Source: Ignavibacteriota bacterium (GTDB taxonomy: Bacteria; Bacteroidota; Ignavibacteria; UBA10030). Taken from it: a DNA stretch of 64,000 nt. A model generated the notes under the pieces. That model made no database searches and was not told where the DNA came from. It was given only the letters and a program-made list of their open reading frames with translations. Each line of letters opens with the position of its first letter. Position 1 is the first letter of the stretch. Location of the stretch: assembly GCA_003170475.1 (NCBI GenBank), contig PMZI01000016.1, positions 9,165-73,164 on the forward strand, in the 5' to 3' direction. Below, piece after piece: positions 8,487-19,135 of the stretch. Position numbers and translations under genes: made by a program.

Positions 8487-9731
8487 ATGAAGCTCGCCTA
8501 TGCTTTTTTTGTTCTCTGTATCGTTCTGACCCTTGCCGCGTGTCAGCAGGCACCGCCTCCCCAGCAGGCAATGTGGAAAGGCACTCTCGAACTCCCCGGT
8601 CAGAAACAGCTTCCCTTCCTCGTCTTTCTCGACCTCAAACAACCAGCGCCATCAGGATATTTCCTGAACGGCTCCGAGCAAACTCCGATTCCTGAGGTTG
8701 AGTTGCACGGAGACTCGTTGACCTTTGTCTTTTCAGAGTATGGGGCTGCTATGCGAGGAATCTGGAAACGTGGGAAGCTCGCGGGAGAATTCCTTCGCTT
8801 CCGAAAAGACACGATGGTCAACAAGTTTGAGGCGGTGCCGGTGACTTCAACCGAACAAACTCCGCAGTCAAAGATGAGTACCGAAGTCCCCCTCGTGGGA
8901 AAATTCCAGGCGTACTTCAAGCAGAAAGAAGGGATCGACAGCTCGTCGCAGGCAACATTCTGGGCTCATGGAGATTCGGTGTATGGAACCATCGTGGAGT
9001 CATCCGGGGACATCGGACTGATGGCCGGAAAGCAAACCGGCAACTCGGTTCTCCTCACGCGATTCACAGGTTGGCAAGGTCAGATGATTGAGCTCACGCG
9101 CGTACAGAATGCGTGGAGCGGAACCTTGTACTATCGCATCCCGCCACCCGTCTCTTTCACTCTTGAGCCCCGTGCGACACTGGTTGAAGAGCTCGCTGAG
9201 GCAAACAGACCTTCGCTGAAAAATGTCCGAAAACCCTTCGCGTTCTCCGGAACGACGGTCATGGGTGACACGGTGAACAATCTTTCTCCGCAGTTCAAGG
9301 GAAAGGTTCTCCTTCTCGACATCATGGGAACATGGTGCCACAATTGCATGGACGCTGCGCCATTACTCCAGAAGCTCTCTTCGGAGTTTGGGAGCCAGGG
9401 GCTCGAAGTCGTTGGTCTTTCCTTCGAACTGAGTGACGATCCCACCACAGCACGGAGAAACCTGCTACTCTTCGAAGAACGCTACGGGATTACATTCCCG
9501 GTGTTGTTCTGCGGCTCAACAAGCCCCGCGAACATCGAAGCCAGAGTGAAATCGCAGATCAACAATTTCCCCGGATATCCAACGACACTTTTCATTGATC
9601 GCAACGGCTCGGTCTCTACGATCCATGGCGGCTTCAATGGACCGGGTACAGGCGAGTATTTCCAGGCCCAGATCAACCGTTACTATGATCTTGTAAGGAC
9701 CTTGCTCAAAAGTAACAAGTCGAAACGCTGA
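8487..9731 (+). CDS. lipoprotein with C-terminal TlpA/ResA-like thioredoxin-fold thiol:disulfide oxidoreductase domain
   Basis: Lipobox MKLAYAFFVLCIVLTLAAC. The C-terminal 'GKVLLLDIMGTWCHNCMDAAPLL' carries a WCxxC active site, followed by the '...GYPTTLFIDRNGSV' thioredoxin-fold end. Confidence 0.65.
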   Translation: MKLAYAFFVLCIVLTLAACQQAPPPQQAMWKGTLELPGQKQLPFLVFLDLKQPAPSGYFLNGSEQTPIPEVELHGDSLTFVFSEYGAAMRGIWKRGKLAGEFLRFRKDTMVNKFEAVPVTSTEQTPQSKMSTEVPLVGKFQAYFKQKEGIDSSSQATFWAHGDSVYGTIVESSGDIGLMAGKQTGNSVLLTRFTGWQGQMIELTRVQNAWSGTLYYRIPPPVSFTLEPRATLVEELAEANRPSLKNVRKPFAFSGTTVMGDTVNNLSPQFKGKVLLLDIMGTWCHNCMDAAPLLQKLSSEFGSQGLEVVGLSFELSDDPTTARRNLLLFEERYGITFPVLFCGSTSPANIEARVKSQINNFPGYPTTLFIDRNGSVSTIHGGFNGPGTGEYFQAQINRYYDLVRTLLKSNKSKR

Positions 9732-9806
9732 CGTTTCTCCGGCCCTGACGAAGGACGGACAGCGACCCAGATTCTTCACCCTATTGCAACCTTCTCAAAG
9801 GAAAGC

Positions 9807-10145
9807 GTGAACTCTATGGACCATTCGCTCGTCACCACTAATTTCCAACTTGACGGATTCAAGATCGTGAAGAACATGGGAGTCGTACGAGGTATCGTTG
9901 TGCGTTCCCGTTCAGTATTCGGAAACATTGGAGCAGGACTCCAGATATTGTTCGGAGGGAATATCACGCTTTACACCGAGCTCTGTGAGGCAACGCGAAG
10001 GGACGCTTTTGAACTGATGATCCAGCATGCCCAGGCCATCGGTGCGAATTCAATTATCGGATTCCGCTACGACGCCACAGAGATTATGGGGGGTGTGACC
10101 GAGGTCCTCGCATACGGAACCGCATGCGTCGTGGAAAAACTGTGA
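9807..10145 (+). CDS. YbjQ/UPF0145 (DUF74) family protein
   Basis: 112 aa. 'FKIVKNMGVVRGIVVRSRSVFGNIGAGLQILFGGNITLYTELCEATRRDAFELMIQHAQAIGANSIIGFRYDATEI' is the family pattern. Start is GTG at 9807 or ATG at 9816. Confidence 0.65.
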   Translation: MNSMDHSLVTTNFQLDGFKIVKNMGVVRGIVVRSRSVFGNIGAGLQILFGGNITLYTELCEATRRDAFELMIQHAQAIGANSIIGFRYDATEIMGGVTEVLAYGTACVVEKL

Positions 10146-10190
10146 TGCATCTCTAAACCGATCACGTTTCAACTACTACACAAGATTACT

Positions 10191-11900
10191 ATGGATATCC
10201 AAAATAAGACCGTCCTCGTACTCGGAGGCTGGGGCCTCGTTGGCTCCGCCGTGTGCCGGCAGATGATGCCGGAGAAACCGAAGCGCATCATCGTCACTTC
10301 CTTGCTCGAACAGGAGGCAAAGGAAGCTGTTGACCTCCTGCGAACTGAATATCCCAAGGCAGGCAAGAACTTTTTTGTCCCGTGGTGGGGGAATATTTTC
10401 GTCCGACACGCATTGAAGGATACTGCCCGCGATGCGATCCTGCAGAACAGGGATACTCGTGGAATGCTGATCGACGATTTGCTCGATGAACTGACCATGC
10501 CGGTGTTGGAGCGCTCTTCGATCTACCAGCTTCTGCAGCAATTCAAGCCTGATATTGTTGTCGACTGCATCAACTCAGCGACCGCCATTGCCTATCAGGA
10601 CCTGTTTCATGTTGCACGAGAGGTCCGAAAAGCGCTTCGCGCAGCCAAGAGCGACAAAGACTCAGAGTTGCATGATCACACCGAACGTCTGCTCGCAACG
10701 CTCTACATGCCACAGCTGATCCGTCACGTTCAAATCCTGTACAGGACGATGCAGTTGGTTGGAACGACGACATACGTCAAGATTGGGACAAGCGGCACGG
10801 GCGGCATGGGCCTCAACATCCCGTACACACACAGTGAAGAGCGGCCGTCAAGTGTGCTGTTGAGCAAATCAGCGGTCGCCGGGGCTCACACACTTTTGCT
10901 CTTTCTTATGGGACGCACTCCCGATGCACCGATCACAAAGGAAATCAAACCGACCGCTGCCATCGCGTGGAAGAAGATCGGCTACGGTGAAATCAAAAAG
11001 CGCGGCAAGGCCATCGAGCTCATCGATTGTTCCCCGGAGCAGGGATTCAAACTGGACGCGACGCTGAAGCTTCATGACGAGAAACTGATGTTCAAGTCGA
11101 CGAATCAGCGGCTGCAATCCGTATATATTGACACGGGGGAGAACGGCGTGTTCTCCCGCGGTGAATTCGAAGCGATTTCCACGCCGGGACAAATGGAGTT
11201 CGTCACTCCCGAGGAGATTGCTGAGTCTGTCCTCTACGAAATCAAAGGGGGCAATACCGGCCACGACATCATCAACGCTCTGGATAATGCATCATTGGCG
11301 CCGACGTATCGCGCCGGATTCATGTTCGAGTCTGCGATGAGAGAAATGAAGCGCCTTGAGAAAGAGCACAAGACACACAGCATTGCGTTCGAATTTCTCG
11401 GACCTCCCCGCCTCTCCAAACTTCTGTATGAGGCATACCTCCTGAAGCTCGTCTATGGCAGTGTCGACCAGGTCGCAAACGCTTCGGCGAAGTCTATGTC
11501 CGCCAAACTTGAAGCTCTCATCCGGGAAAATGTCCAGTTGCGGTCCCAGATCATTTCCATCGGGATCCCCATTCTTCTCTCTGATGGCAAGACGCTCCTG
11601 CGTGGACCCGAGATCAAGATCCCACCCTATCGCGGAGAGAACGAACTGAAGATCACCGAAAAATTCCTCAACGCGTGGGCTCACGATGGATGGGTGGATT
11701 TGCGAACGAAGAGCATGCAACAATGGAAATCCCGACTTCAGATCATCCTGAACGAGGTCACGGCGATTCCGAAAGGCGACACTTCATCGCGCCAGATGCG
11801 CAACAACGCCTACTGGGACAACTTCAGGGAAATCGATCCAGGCAAAATCGTTGGATGGATCTTCTCCGAAGAGGAGCATGGGAAGAGGATGAAGGCTTAG
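10191..11900 (+). CDS. 569-aa protein with N-terminal NAD(P)-binding Rossmann motif (VLVLGGWGLVGSAVCRQM); function unknown
   Basis: GxGxxG within the first 30 aa. The rest of the protein, including a second glycine-rich stretch GTSGTGGMG around residue 200, does not match any family I can name from memory. Confidence 0.5.
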   Translation: MDIQNKTVLVLGGWGLVGSAVCRQMMPEKPKRIIVTSLLEQEAKEAVDLLRTEYPKAGKNFFVPWWGNIFVRHALKDTARDAILQNRDTRGMLIDDLLDELTMPVLERSSIYQLLQQFKPDIVVDCINSATAIAYQDLFHVAREVRKALRAAKSDKDSELHDHTERLLATLYMPQLIRHVQILYRTMQLVGTTTYVKIGTSGTGGMGLNIPYTHSEERPSSVLLSKSAVAGAHTLLLFLMGRTPDAPITKEIKPTAAIAWKKIGYGEIKKRGKAIELIDCSPEQGFKLDATLKLHDEKLMFKSTNQRLQSVYIDTGENGVFSRGEFEAISTPGQMEFVTPEEIAESVLYEIKGGNTGHDIINALDNASLAPTYRAGFMFESAMREMKRLEKEHKTHSIAFEFLGPPRLSKLLYEAYLLKLVYGSVDQVANASAKSMSAKLEALIRENVQLRSQIISIGIPILLSDGKTLLRGPEIKIPPYRGENELKITEKFLNAWAHDGWVDLRTKSMQQWKSRLQIILNEVTAIPKGDTSSRQMRNNAYWDNFREIDPGKIVGWIFSEEEHGKRMKA

Positions 11901-11943
11901 CAGCCGGAGGTCTGCCTCACGATCCGAAGGGATGGAAAATACG

Positions 11944-11990
11944 AAGGCCGAACGTCGACCATACAGGTCAGCCGTTCGGCCTTGTTGTTT
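11944..11990. terminator. bidirectional hairpin (aaggccgaacg...cgttcggcctt, 11-bp stem) between convergent genes, U-rich on both flanks
   Basis: Stem 11944-11954/11973-11983. gttgttt lies downstream on the plus strand and tcgtatttt on the minus strand. The loop is 18 nt, longer than canonical. Confidence 0.45.
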
Positions 11991-12006
11991 CAGATTCGCG
12001 TGCTCG

Positions 12007-13239
12007 CTACTCGTACCGCAGTGCCTCGATCGGATCGAGGTTGGCGGCCTTCCATGCGGGATAGACCCCGAAGACCACGCCAATGAATGCACAGAGAAGG
12101 AACCCGATGATGGCCCAGTCGATCGGAAACACCGGCGGCATCGAGAAGGCAATTGCCGCAAGATTTCCCCCAAGAACGCCTAAACCGATCCCCACGAGTC
12201 CACCCATCTGACAGAGCACGATTGCTTCGGTCATGAACTGGCTGAGGATATTTCCCTTTCGCGCTCCCACAGATTTTCTCAGTCCGATTTCCTTGGTTCG
12301 TTCAGTCACGGAGACCAGCATAATATTCATGATTCCAACCCCTGCCGCCAACAGCGAGATAAAGCTGATGAACCCTATTCCCATCTTTACATACTGAGTA
12401 AACTCGTTAAACGTGGAAATGAGGGAGTCATTTGAGAAGATGGCAAAATCGTCGTCCTTCCCCGGTTCCACTTTCCTCACGGTGCGCAGCGCCATGCGGG
12501 CCTCTTCCATACATTCGTCGAACACCTCGGGGCTCTTCGCCTTGATCATGATGTTGAGAGATCGGATCTTCCCGAAGTGATTCAGAAATGAGCTGAGGGG
12601 AATTGCCACAAAGTTATCTGCATTGCCACCGAGCGAACCACCTTTGGGCTCAAAGATTCCAATGACGGTGTAACGTTCACCCTGGATTTTTATCTCAGAT
12701 CCGATCGCGCCGCCGCGAGGGAAAATCTTTTTTTCGACGTCCGGACCCAGGATCACCACACTTCCGCTGTAGGTCTGATCGTTGTCTGTGAAACTGCGTC
12801 CATCTCTGATCGACCAGTTATTGGCGGGAATTCCGTCGGGAACTTCACCCATAATCTGGACATTGGGATTCGTCTTTTCACCGCTCAGAGCCTGTATGCT
12901 GAACCCGCCGGTGCCGCCTTCAATGGCTGCGTACTTTGCCAGCGTCATGTGATCTCTTACGAACTCACCCTGAGCCAACGTGATGTCTTTCCGGCGCCGG
13001 AATTTCTCCCACTGATCATGACCGCCGACGAAGAGTGCCGGAAATTTCTGAATTTGAAAGGTGTGTGTCCCGAGGTTACTCAGACCGCTTTCAATGCTGT
13101 TTTGCAGAACCTGGACAGCAGTCATCACGCCAATGATGGAAAACACACCAACCACGACGCCCAACAATGTCAATGCAGACCGGAGCTTGTTCATCCGGAT
13201 TGCATTGAGCGCAATTCTTATGATCTCAAAAAGGAGCAC
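12007..13239 (-). CDS. ABC transporter permease, MacB/FtsX family
   Basis: 410 aa. N-terminal TM, large periplasmic MacB-like domain, then a C-terminal FtsX 3-TM bundle. The tail 'DPIEALRYE' is typical. Confidence 0.75.
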   Translation of the reverse strand: MLLFEIIRIALNAIRMNKLRSALTLLGVVVGVFSIIGVMTAVQVLQNSIESGLSNLGTHTFQIQKFPALFVGGHDQWEKFRRRKDITLAQGEFVRDHMTLAKYAAIEGGTGGFSIQALSGEKTNPNVQIMGEVPDGIPANNWSIRDGRSFTDNDQTYSGSVVILGPDVEKKIFPRGGAIGSEIKIQGERYTVIGIFEPKGGSLGGNADNFVAIPLSSFLNHFGKIRSLNIMIKAKSPEVFDECMEEARMALRTVRKVEPGKDDDFAIFSNDSLISTFNEFTQYVKMGIGFISFISLLAAGVGIMNIMLVSVTERTKEIGLRKSVGARKGNILSQFMTEAIVLCQMGGLVGIGLGVLGGNLAAIAFSMPPVFPIDWAIIGFLLCAFIGVVFGVYPAWKAANLDPIEALRYE

Positions 13240-13271
13240 AGTTTTTTCCCGATATCAGTGAATTCCAGTTT

Positions 13272-14501
13272 CTATTCGTAGCGCAATGCATCCACCGGGT
13301 CGAGGCGAGAAGCCCGAAATGCCGGCAAGAAACCTGACACCAGTCCCACAAACAACGACACAAGAATCGCAATCGCGACGATGCTCAAGGGCATCGCCGT
13401 CGGCAGGATCTGGTCGATGATGAGGCTCAGGGGAAAGGAAATCATCAATCCGATGACTCCGCCCATCAGACACAATGCGGCGGATTCCATGAGGAACTGT
13501 TGCAGGATGGTCCTCCGGGGAGCGCCGATCGCCATCCGGATTCCTATCTCCTTGGTCCGTTCAGTGACCGACACGAACATGATGTTCATGATGCCGATGC
13601 CACCGACGAAGAGAGACAGCCCAGTGATGAAAAGTCCGACTCCCGCGATGACAACGCCGATCGTGTTAAACGTCTGGATGATCATTTCTTGTTGGTTGAT
13701 GGCGAAATCATCAGCTTGTTTGGGATGGAGTCCACGCGCTTTGCGCATGATCCCACGCACCTCCTCCTTCGCTTCGTCCAGGTCCTTCATCGAGATGGCC
13801 TTGACCATAATCTGAATGCCGCCAAAGCGACTTTGAAAGTTCTTGAAGAACCTGTTGATGGGGATGTACGCTCGATTGTCAAGGCTCTCCATACCAAGAA
13901 TGCTTCCCTGCTTTTCGATGACTCCGACAATCTTGTAATTACCTGAGCCGAGCTTGATAGTTTTGCCGAGAGGATTCTCATTGGTGAAGAGATTGGCTGC
14001 GACTTCAGACCCAATTGCGCACACCGGTCTCCCGCCATCATCTTCTGCCGAGGTGAAGAATCGTCCGAACTCTACGTTGACGCCGAGAGTCGTAAGGAAA
14101 TCAGCGTTCGTCCCCACGATCACGACGTTTTCCAAGACCTTCTGGTTGTACTTTGCTTGTCTCCTTGCTCCCGCCGCGGGTGATACGGACCGCGCAAATT
14201 CAGCCTGCTTTTCGACAGCCCTTGCCTGCTGGATCAGAATGTCCTTGCGATTCCGAATCTTCCACCAATCCTCACCACCGCCCCACGGCCATTTCTGTAC
14301 GTAGAGAACGTCCGCACCAATTGCAGCGATACTCTTGTTAAACGCCCGGTTGAGACCCTCGATGGCAGTCCCCATCAGTGTCACCGAGACAATGCCAATG
14401 ATGATGCCGAGAGCAGTCAGCACCGAGCGCATTTTATTGGCTCTGATCGCAGTGAACGCGATCAGCAAGCCCTCACGAAACTCTCCAAATGCATATTTCA
14501 T
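13272..14501 (-). CDS. ABC transporter permease, MacB/FtsX family (second paralogue)
   Basis: 409 aa. Same architecture and identical C-terminal 'DPVDALRYE' tail. Confidence 0.75.
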   Translation of the reverse strand: MKYAFGEFREGLLIAFTAIRANKMRSVLTALGIIIGIVSVTLMGTAIEGLNRAFNKSIAAIGADVLYVQKWPWGGGEDWWKIRNRKDILIQQARAVEKQAEFARSVSPAAGARRQAKYNQKVLENVVIVGTNADFLTTLGVNVEFGRFFTSAEDDGGRPVCAIGSEVAANLFTNENPLGKTIKLGSGNYKIVGVIEKQGSILGMESLDNRAYIPINRFFKNFQSRFGGIQIMVKAISMKDLDEAKEEVRGIMRKARGLHPKQADDFAINQQEMIIQTFNTIGVVIAGVGLFITGLSLFVGGIGIMNIMFVSVTERTKEIGIRMAIGAPRRTILQQFLMESAALCLMGGVIGLMISFPLSLIIDQILPTAMPLSIVAIAILVSLFVGLVSGFLPAFRASRLDPVDALRYE

Positions 14502-14503
14502 AG

Positions 14504-15226
14504 TTAGCCAATCTTGCCAGTCGTGACCGCTACTCGTTTGTTTTGCACTGCCTGATCGGATTCGATGTTTCCGTCACGCAATCGGATGATGCGATCCGTA
14601 TGCTCCGCGATGTATTCTTCGTGCGTGACGAGGATAATCGTATTCCCTTCCTTCTGGAGAGTATCAAACAAGGCCATAATTTCGTCACCGGTCTTGCTAT
14701 CCAGGTTTCCCGTGGGTTCGTCGGCGAGCAAAATCGATGGCTGCGTGACAAGAGCTCTCGCGATAGCGACTCTCTGTCGCTGTCCACCGGAAAGCTCATT
14801 GGGTTTGTGATGAATGCGCTCCGTCAGACCAACACGCCCTATAGCTTCGCGCGCCATCTTCTTCCGTTCACTCGAGCTGACTCCGCCGTAGATGAGCGGC
14901 AGCTCAACATTGTGCAGAACATCGGAGCGGGCTAGCAGATTGAAGGTCTGGAACACAAACCCGATTTCCTTGTTTCGAATTCTCGCCAACTGGTTATCAT
15001 TCATCTCGCTGACGTTGGTCTTGTTCAACTCATACAGCCCGGACGTCGGGGTATCAAGGCAGCCAACGATATTCATTAAGGTCGACTTTCCTGATCCCGA
15101 AGGTCCCATGATCGCAACGTATTCATTCTTGTGGATCTCCAACGAAACGCTCTGGAGAGCATGCACGTCTTCGGAACCGACGTGATAAATCTTGGTGATG
15201 TTGTTCAGCCTGATGACTGTATCCAT
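14504..15226 (-). CDS. ABC transporter ATP-binding protein (MacB/LolD type)
   Basis: Walker [11 protein letters not shown], signature [15 protein letters not shown], Walker [13 protein letters not shown]. Confidence 0.85.
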   Translation of the reverse strand: MDTVIRLNNITKIYHVGSEDVHALQSVSLEIHKNEYVAIMGPSGSGKSTLMNIVGCLDTPTSGLYELNKTNVSEMNDNQLARIRNKEIGFVFQTFNLLARSDVLHNVELPLIYGGVSSSERKKMAREAIGRVGLTERIHHKPNELSGGQRQRVAIARALVTQPSILLADEPTGNLDSKTGDEIMALFDTLQKEGNTIILVTHEEYIAEHTDRIIRLRDGNIESDQAVQNKRVAVTTGKIG

Positions 15227-15252
15227 GCCGACATTCCTCGTGGATGAAATTG

Positions 15253-16212
15253 TTATTGAAGCTCTTTGATCTTCTTTTCGGCCGTCGTTCTGTATTCCGG
15301 CGAAATATCCAGAACCAACAGGCGCTCGTAATTCTCGCGCGCCTCTTTTTTCTGGCCGTTCAACTCATACGCCTGAGCAAGCACGTGTATCGCGTTGATG
15401 TTTTCATGATCGAGCGTCAGGGCTTTCTTTGCGTTCGCAATCGCTTGAGTTGCATCCTTGTTCTGATAGCACGCAAGGGCAAGCCACTGATGCGAATCAG
15501 CCGTATCCGGCCGCAGAGCGGCATACTTCTCAAACGAAGCGATCGCTTCATCGGTCACCTGGTTGCGCCAGAAGAACATGCCTGCCACCCGCCACGCATG
15601 CCAGTCACCGGTCCGATGCTGGGTCAGGGTCTTCATCTCCTGAGATGCATCTGCATTCTTCTTTTCCGCGAGCAAGATATTCGCCTTCAGTGAGCGCCCC
15701 TTCATTTCGTCGAGTTGGATCGCGATGTCCGCTTCGCGGTACGCTTTCTCCATGTCACCGCCCATGATGCCGGGTGCTTGCCAGTAGTACTGTGCCAAAC
15801 CAATGTGGGCATCAACAAGCTGTGGATTCAAGCTGACCGCTTTTTCAAATTCACGCCTCACTTTTGGCGCAAGGAAAGCCTGCTTAATCACTCCTGCACT
15901 CCTTGCCTTCATCCCGTACGCCGCCCCCAAACCATAATGATAGTCGGCGTTTGTTGAGCTGATTTCCACGGCCTGCTCCATGTGGTCAACCGCGTCGTCT
16001 TCGTTCATGAACCGGCGAGAGAGAAGTATCAGTCCCAATCGATAGTGTGCTTCTGCATTCTTGTCATTGTTTTTCAGAACAGACTCGAACACAGCTTTAG
16101 CGTCCGCGAACTTCCCTTTGTTGAACAGCCCAATTCCATCTTCAATCGACTGAGCCGATGCGCAAAGAGGAAAAACCAGGAAGATTCCAATCCAGCCAAG
16201 ACCCTTCATCAC
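15253..16212 (-). CDS. secreted tetratricopeptide-repeat protein embedded in the efflux operon
   Basis: Signal peptide. Repeated 34-aa TPR-like units ([12 protein letters not shown]..., [12 protein letters not shown]..., etc.). Confidence 0.6.
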   Translation of the reverse strand: MMKGLGWIGIFLVFPLCASAQSIEDGIGLFNKGKFADAKAVFESVLKNNDKNAEAHYRLGLILLSRRFMNEDDAVDHMEQAVEISSTNADYHYGLGAAYGMKARSAGVIKQAFLAPKVRREFEKAVSLNPQLVDAHIGLAQYYWQAPGIMGGDMEKAYREADIAIQLDEMKGRSLKANILLAEKKNADASQEMKTLTQHRTGDWHAWRVAGMFFWRNQVTDEAIASFEKYAALRPDTADSHQWLALACYQNKDATQAIANAKKALTLDHENINAIHVLAQAYELNGQKKEARENYERLLVLDISPEYRTTAEKKIKELQ

Positions 16213-16220
16213 CCTTTTCC

Positions 16221-17495
16221 CTATTTCTTGTCGCCTTCAGCTGAAGCGCCGGTCCTCTTGGTGGTCTTGTTCTCAATTTTCACAGCAGATCCCACTTCAA
16301 GATCCCGATTGATTGCCTTGAACGGACCAACGACGACCTCGGCACTTTCGAGGTTATTACCTTTGACCTCGACATATGTATCGTCACTCAAACCACGCTT
16401 GACGGGGATGGTCTTGGCTTTCCCATCAGCGATAACGAATATCACTTCCTCGAGCTTGTCTTCGTCTTTTTTCGTTGTCTTCTTTGTATCCAGTTTCACG
16501 CCCCCAGCGTCCTGCGCTGCTTCAGGCTTCTTGTCTTCCTTTGGCATCCGCACAGTCACGGACTGGATCGGAACAGCAAGCACGCTGGTATGTGTTTCTG
16601 TCTCAATATCAGCTGCCATGGACATCCCAGGCCGAAAGCTTACACCCGGGGGTGTGCTGATCAGAATTCTGACTTGAAAGTTTGTGACTTCGTCCTGGGT
16701 GCCACTCCCGCGTGATGTTGCAGTGTTCGCGATCTGCGATACCGTCCCAATGAATTTGCGATCAGGGTAGGAGTCTACATCAATTTTTGCAGTGTCGCCG
16801 ACTGAGACGAGAACGACATCATTTTCACCAACGTCCACGCGGGCTTCCATGCGGTTCAAGTCGGAAATCGTCATGATCTCCGTCCCCTGAGTAAACGTGC
16901 TTCCGCTCACCCGTTCCCCGAGTTCAGATATGAGCTGACTTACCACTCCATCCATCGGTGCGTAGATTGCAGACTTGGAATAGGTGTCCTTCGCCGACTT
17001 CAACGATGCAGCCGCCTGATCACGGCTCGCTTTTGCACTCTCATAGGAAGCCTTCGAAAGCTCGAGCTCCGCATCGGAGATAAGCTTCTTTCCGATGAGT
17101 TCCTGTGAACGCTTGTAGTCCGCTTCCGCCTTCCGGAGATTCGCCTCGCTCATGTTCATCTGAGCATCGGCTTGGTCAACCCCGGCTTGGTAGGCATCCG
17201 GTTTGATCCGGACAAGTAACTGTCCTTTGCTCACACGCTGGCCCTCACGCACAGGCAGTCCGATGAGCTCCCCGGAGACTTCAGCATTGATTTTAACTTT
17301 GATGACAGGTTGGATTTTTCCGGTTGCCGAGACGATCTGAGTGATCGTCCGCCGCTGAATCTTCTCGGTCTGGACTGTTACCACTGCATCCTTCTTGCTT
17401 CCCAGGAACACAAGGAGGACCAGAACCACCAGCACGAGTCCAATGACAGAGAATATGATGATCTTCTTCTTCGATTTTTTTCCGTTCGTTGCCAT
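16221..17495 (-). CDS. efflux transporter periplasmic adaptor subunit (HlyD/MacA family)
   Basis: N-terminal TM anchor, long coiled-coil hairpin region and C-terminal beta-barrel domain. Confidence 0.75.
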   Translation of the reverse strand: MATNGKKSKKKIIIFSVIGLVLVVLVLLVFLGSKKDAVVTVQTEKIQRRTITQIVSATGKIQPVIKVKINAEVSGELIGLPVREGQRVSKGQLLVRIKPDAYQAGVDQADAQMNMSEANLRKAEADYKRSQELIGKKLISDAELELSKASYESAKASRDQAAASLKSAKDTYSKSAIYAPMDGVVSQLISELGERVSGSTFTQGTEIMTISDLNRMEARVDVGENDVVLVSVGDTAKIDVDSYPDRKFIGTVSQIANTATSRGSGTQDEVTNFQVRILISTPPGVSFRPGMSMAADIETETHTSVLAVPIQSVTVRMPKEDKKPEAAQDAGGVKLDTKKTTKKDEDKLEEVIFVIADGKAKTIPVKRGLSDDTYVEVKGNNLESAEVVVGPFKAINRDLEVGSAVKIENKTTKRTGASAEGDKK

Positions 17496-17542
17496 GGAAA
17501 CACACTCCTTTGAAATTTGGAAACCCCGAGGCTTTTCCCCCG

Positions 17543-18901
17543 TTAGTATTTCTTCTCGCCAACGACATAGTCGAGGTTTCGGCCTGCAATAATGTAGTTG
17601 TATGTAGCGTTGACCTGATTGACCTGAGCATTGACCAGACCCGCATTTGCAGTCAACAGATCGACGAGTGTTCCGGAGCCCAGGTTGTAGCGTTCCTGTG
17701 CTACCCTGCTGTCCTGCGTTGCCGATTGCACACCCGACAAACTCGCGTCGTACTGTTTTCCGGCGGCATCAAGATCAAGAAGGGCTTTTTTGACATCGAC
17801 ATCAATATTTCGTTGCGTCTGAAGAATCGTGAGCTCAGCATTACGGCGCGTCGCAACTGCACTCTCGATTGATCGGTTCGTTTGGAACCCGTCAAAGATT
17901 GTCCAGCTTAAACTAACACCCCAACTGATGCCCTTGCTCTGTGAGAGCAGAGAAAAATCGGTGTTGGACAAATTGTACCCCGCCGATGCCGAAATGCTCG
18001 GGAAGTAGTTGCTCCATGCGGCTGTCACACCTGATTGGGCAGCACTATAGCTCTCTCTAGCACCGATGAGGTCCGGCCGCGCCGCAAGAGCCCGCTGACG
18101 TATGTCCTCAAACCCAGCTGATTTCGCCTTCAATGCATCGATGTCCGCAGGAGCAAGCGAATCAGGAATGCTCGGATCTACAATCTGATAACTTTCGGAC
18201 ACCTGAAGACCGACGAGCGACAGAAGATCAGCAATGGACTTGTCATAGGTACTCTGTGCGCCGATGACACCCACTTCGTCTTGTGCTACGATCGACTGTT
18301 GTCGGTAGACATCTCCGATGGAAAGTGCACCGACGCGGTTCGACTCTGCAATACGTTCCAACTGTCGTTGATCTCGCTTCAGGTTCTCTTCGCTCACCCT
18401 CACCAACTGGCGATTTCTCAGAACGGTCAGATAGGCACTCTGGACCAAGTAGACGATTTGCTGAGACGTCCTGACTGCAAGGTTATTCGCAACATTGGCA
18501 TTAGAAACCGACTGGTTGAAATTTGCCTCGCGGAGAAACCCGTTGAAAATGGTATAGCGTGCATTCAGTCCTGCGGAGTAGTTGTCCGATGTCGAAGCGG
18601 ACGCTGGAAGGATGATTGACTGCCCTCCGATAAGCTGAACGCCGGCAGGCCGGTCCGATTCCTGACGTGTCCAGCCACCACTCGCAGAAAATGTGGGCAA
18701 ATATGATCCGTAGCCTGCCAGAACTCCGCTCTGAGCGGCCACAGCATTGTTTATTGCCTGACGCACGGTGACGTTCTGCTCCAAAGCCGTCGAGACAGCC
18801 TTCTCAAGCGTGAGGACTTTTGTTTGTGATGATGAACCTTGGGCAAACACGATGCCCGCAGTGAGGATTCCAAATGCCAAGAGCAAGGCCAACTTCTTCA
18901 T
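17543..18901 (-). CDS. TolC-family outer-membrane efflux protein
   Basis: 452 aa with signal peptide. Two repeated halves carry the TolC-like alpha-helical/beta-strand pattern. Confidence 0.75.
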   Translation of the reverse strand: MKKLALLLAFGILTAGIVFAQGSSSQTKVLTLEKAVSTALEQNVTVRQAINNAVAAQSGVLAGYGSYLPTFSASGGWTRQESDRPAGVQLIGGQSIILPASASTSDNYSAGLNARYTIFNGFLREANFNQSVSNANVANNLAVRTSQQIVYLVQSAYLTVLRNRQLVRVSEENLKRDQRQLERIAESNRVGALSIGDVYRQQSIVAQDEVGVIGAQSTYDKSIADLLSLVGLQVSESYQIVDPSIPDSLAPADIDALKAKSAGFEDIRQRALAARPDLIGARESYSAAQSGVTAAWSNYFPSISASAGYNLSNTDFSLLSQSKGISWGVSLSWTIFDGFQTNRSIESAVATRRNAELTILQTQRNIDVDVKKALLDLDAAGKQYDASLSGVQSATQDSRVAQERYNLGSGTLVDLLTANAGLVNAQVNQVNATYNYIIAGRNLDYVVGEKKY

Positions 18902-19135
18902 AACAAATCTCCAGATATGGTGGGAAGTGACACGGTGAACAGTTTGTTTTTGTAAACACTAGCTAATAGACGACAAAACTAAGGTAAAGTTTCAGAAATC
19001 ATTGGCATTTCGAGAGAAAGAACGCTTTTGCACATCCAATTCCAGAAGTGGTGACAGTCGCTGGACCCGAAAACAAGGAAAAAGAGTGATTTCTCTTAAG
19101 CCGACCCAATGTCTCTGTGGAAGCCTGCTTAGAAC

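Noticed and set aside
18902-19135. possible Bacteroidota-type promoter (TAGTTTTG, matching the TAnnTTTG -7 consensus) about 75 nt upstream of the TolC-operon start, minus strand
   Set aside because: It is a single 8-mer hit without a convincing -33 TTG partner. The phylum assignment is itself inferred, so this is too weak to annotate.
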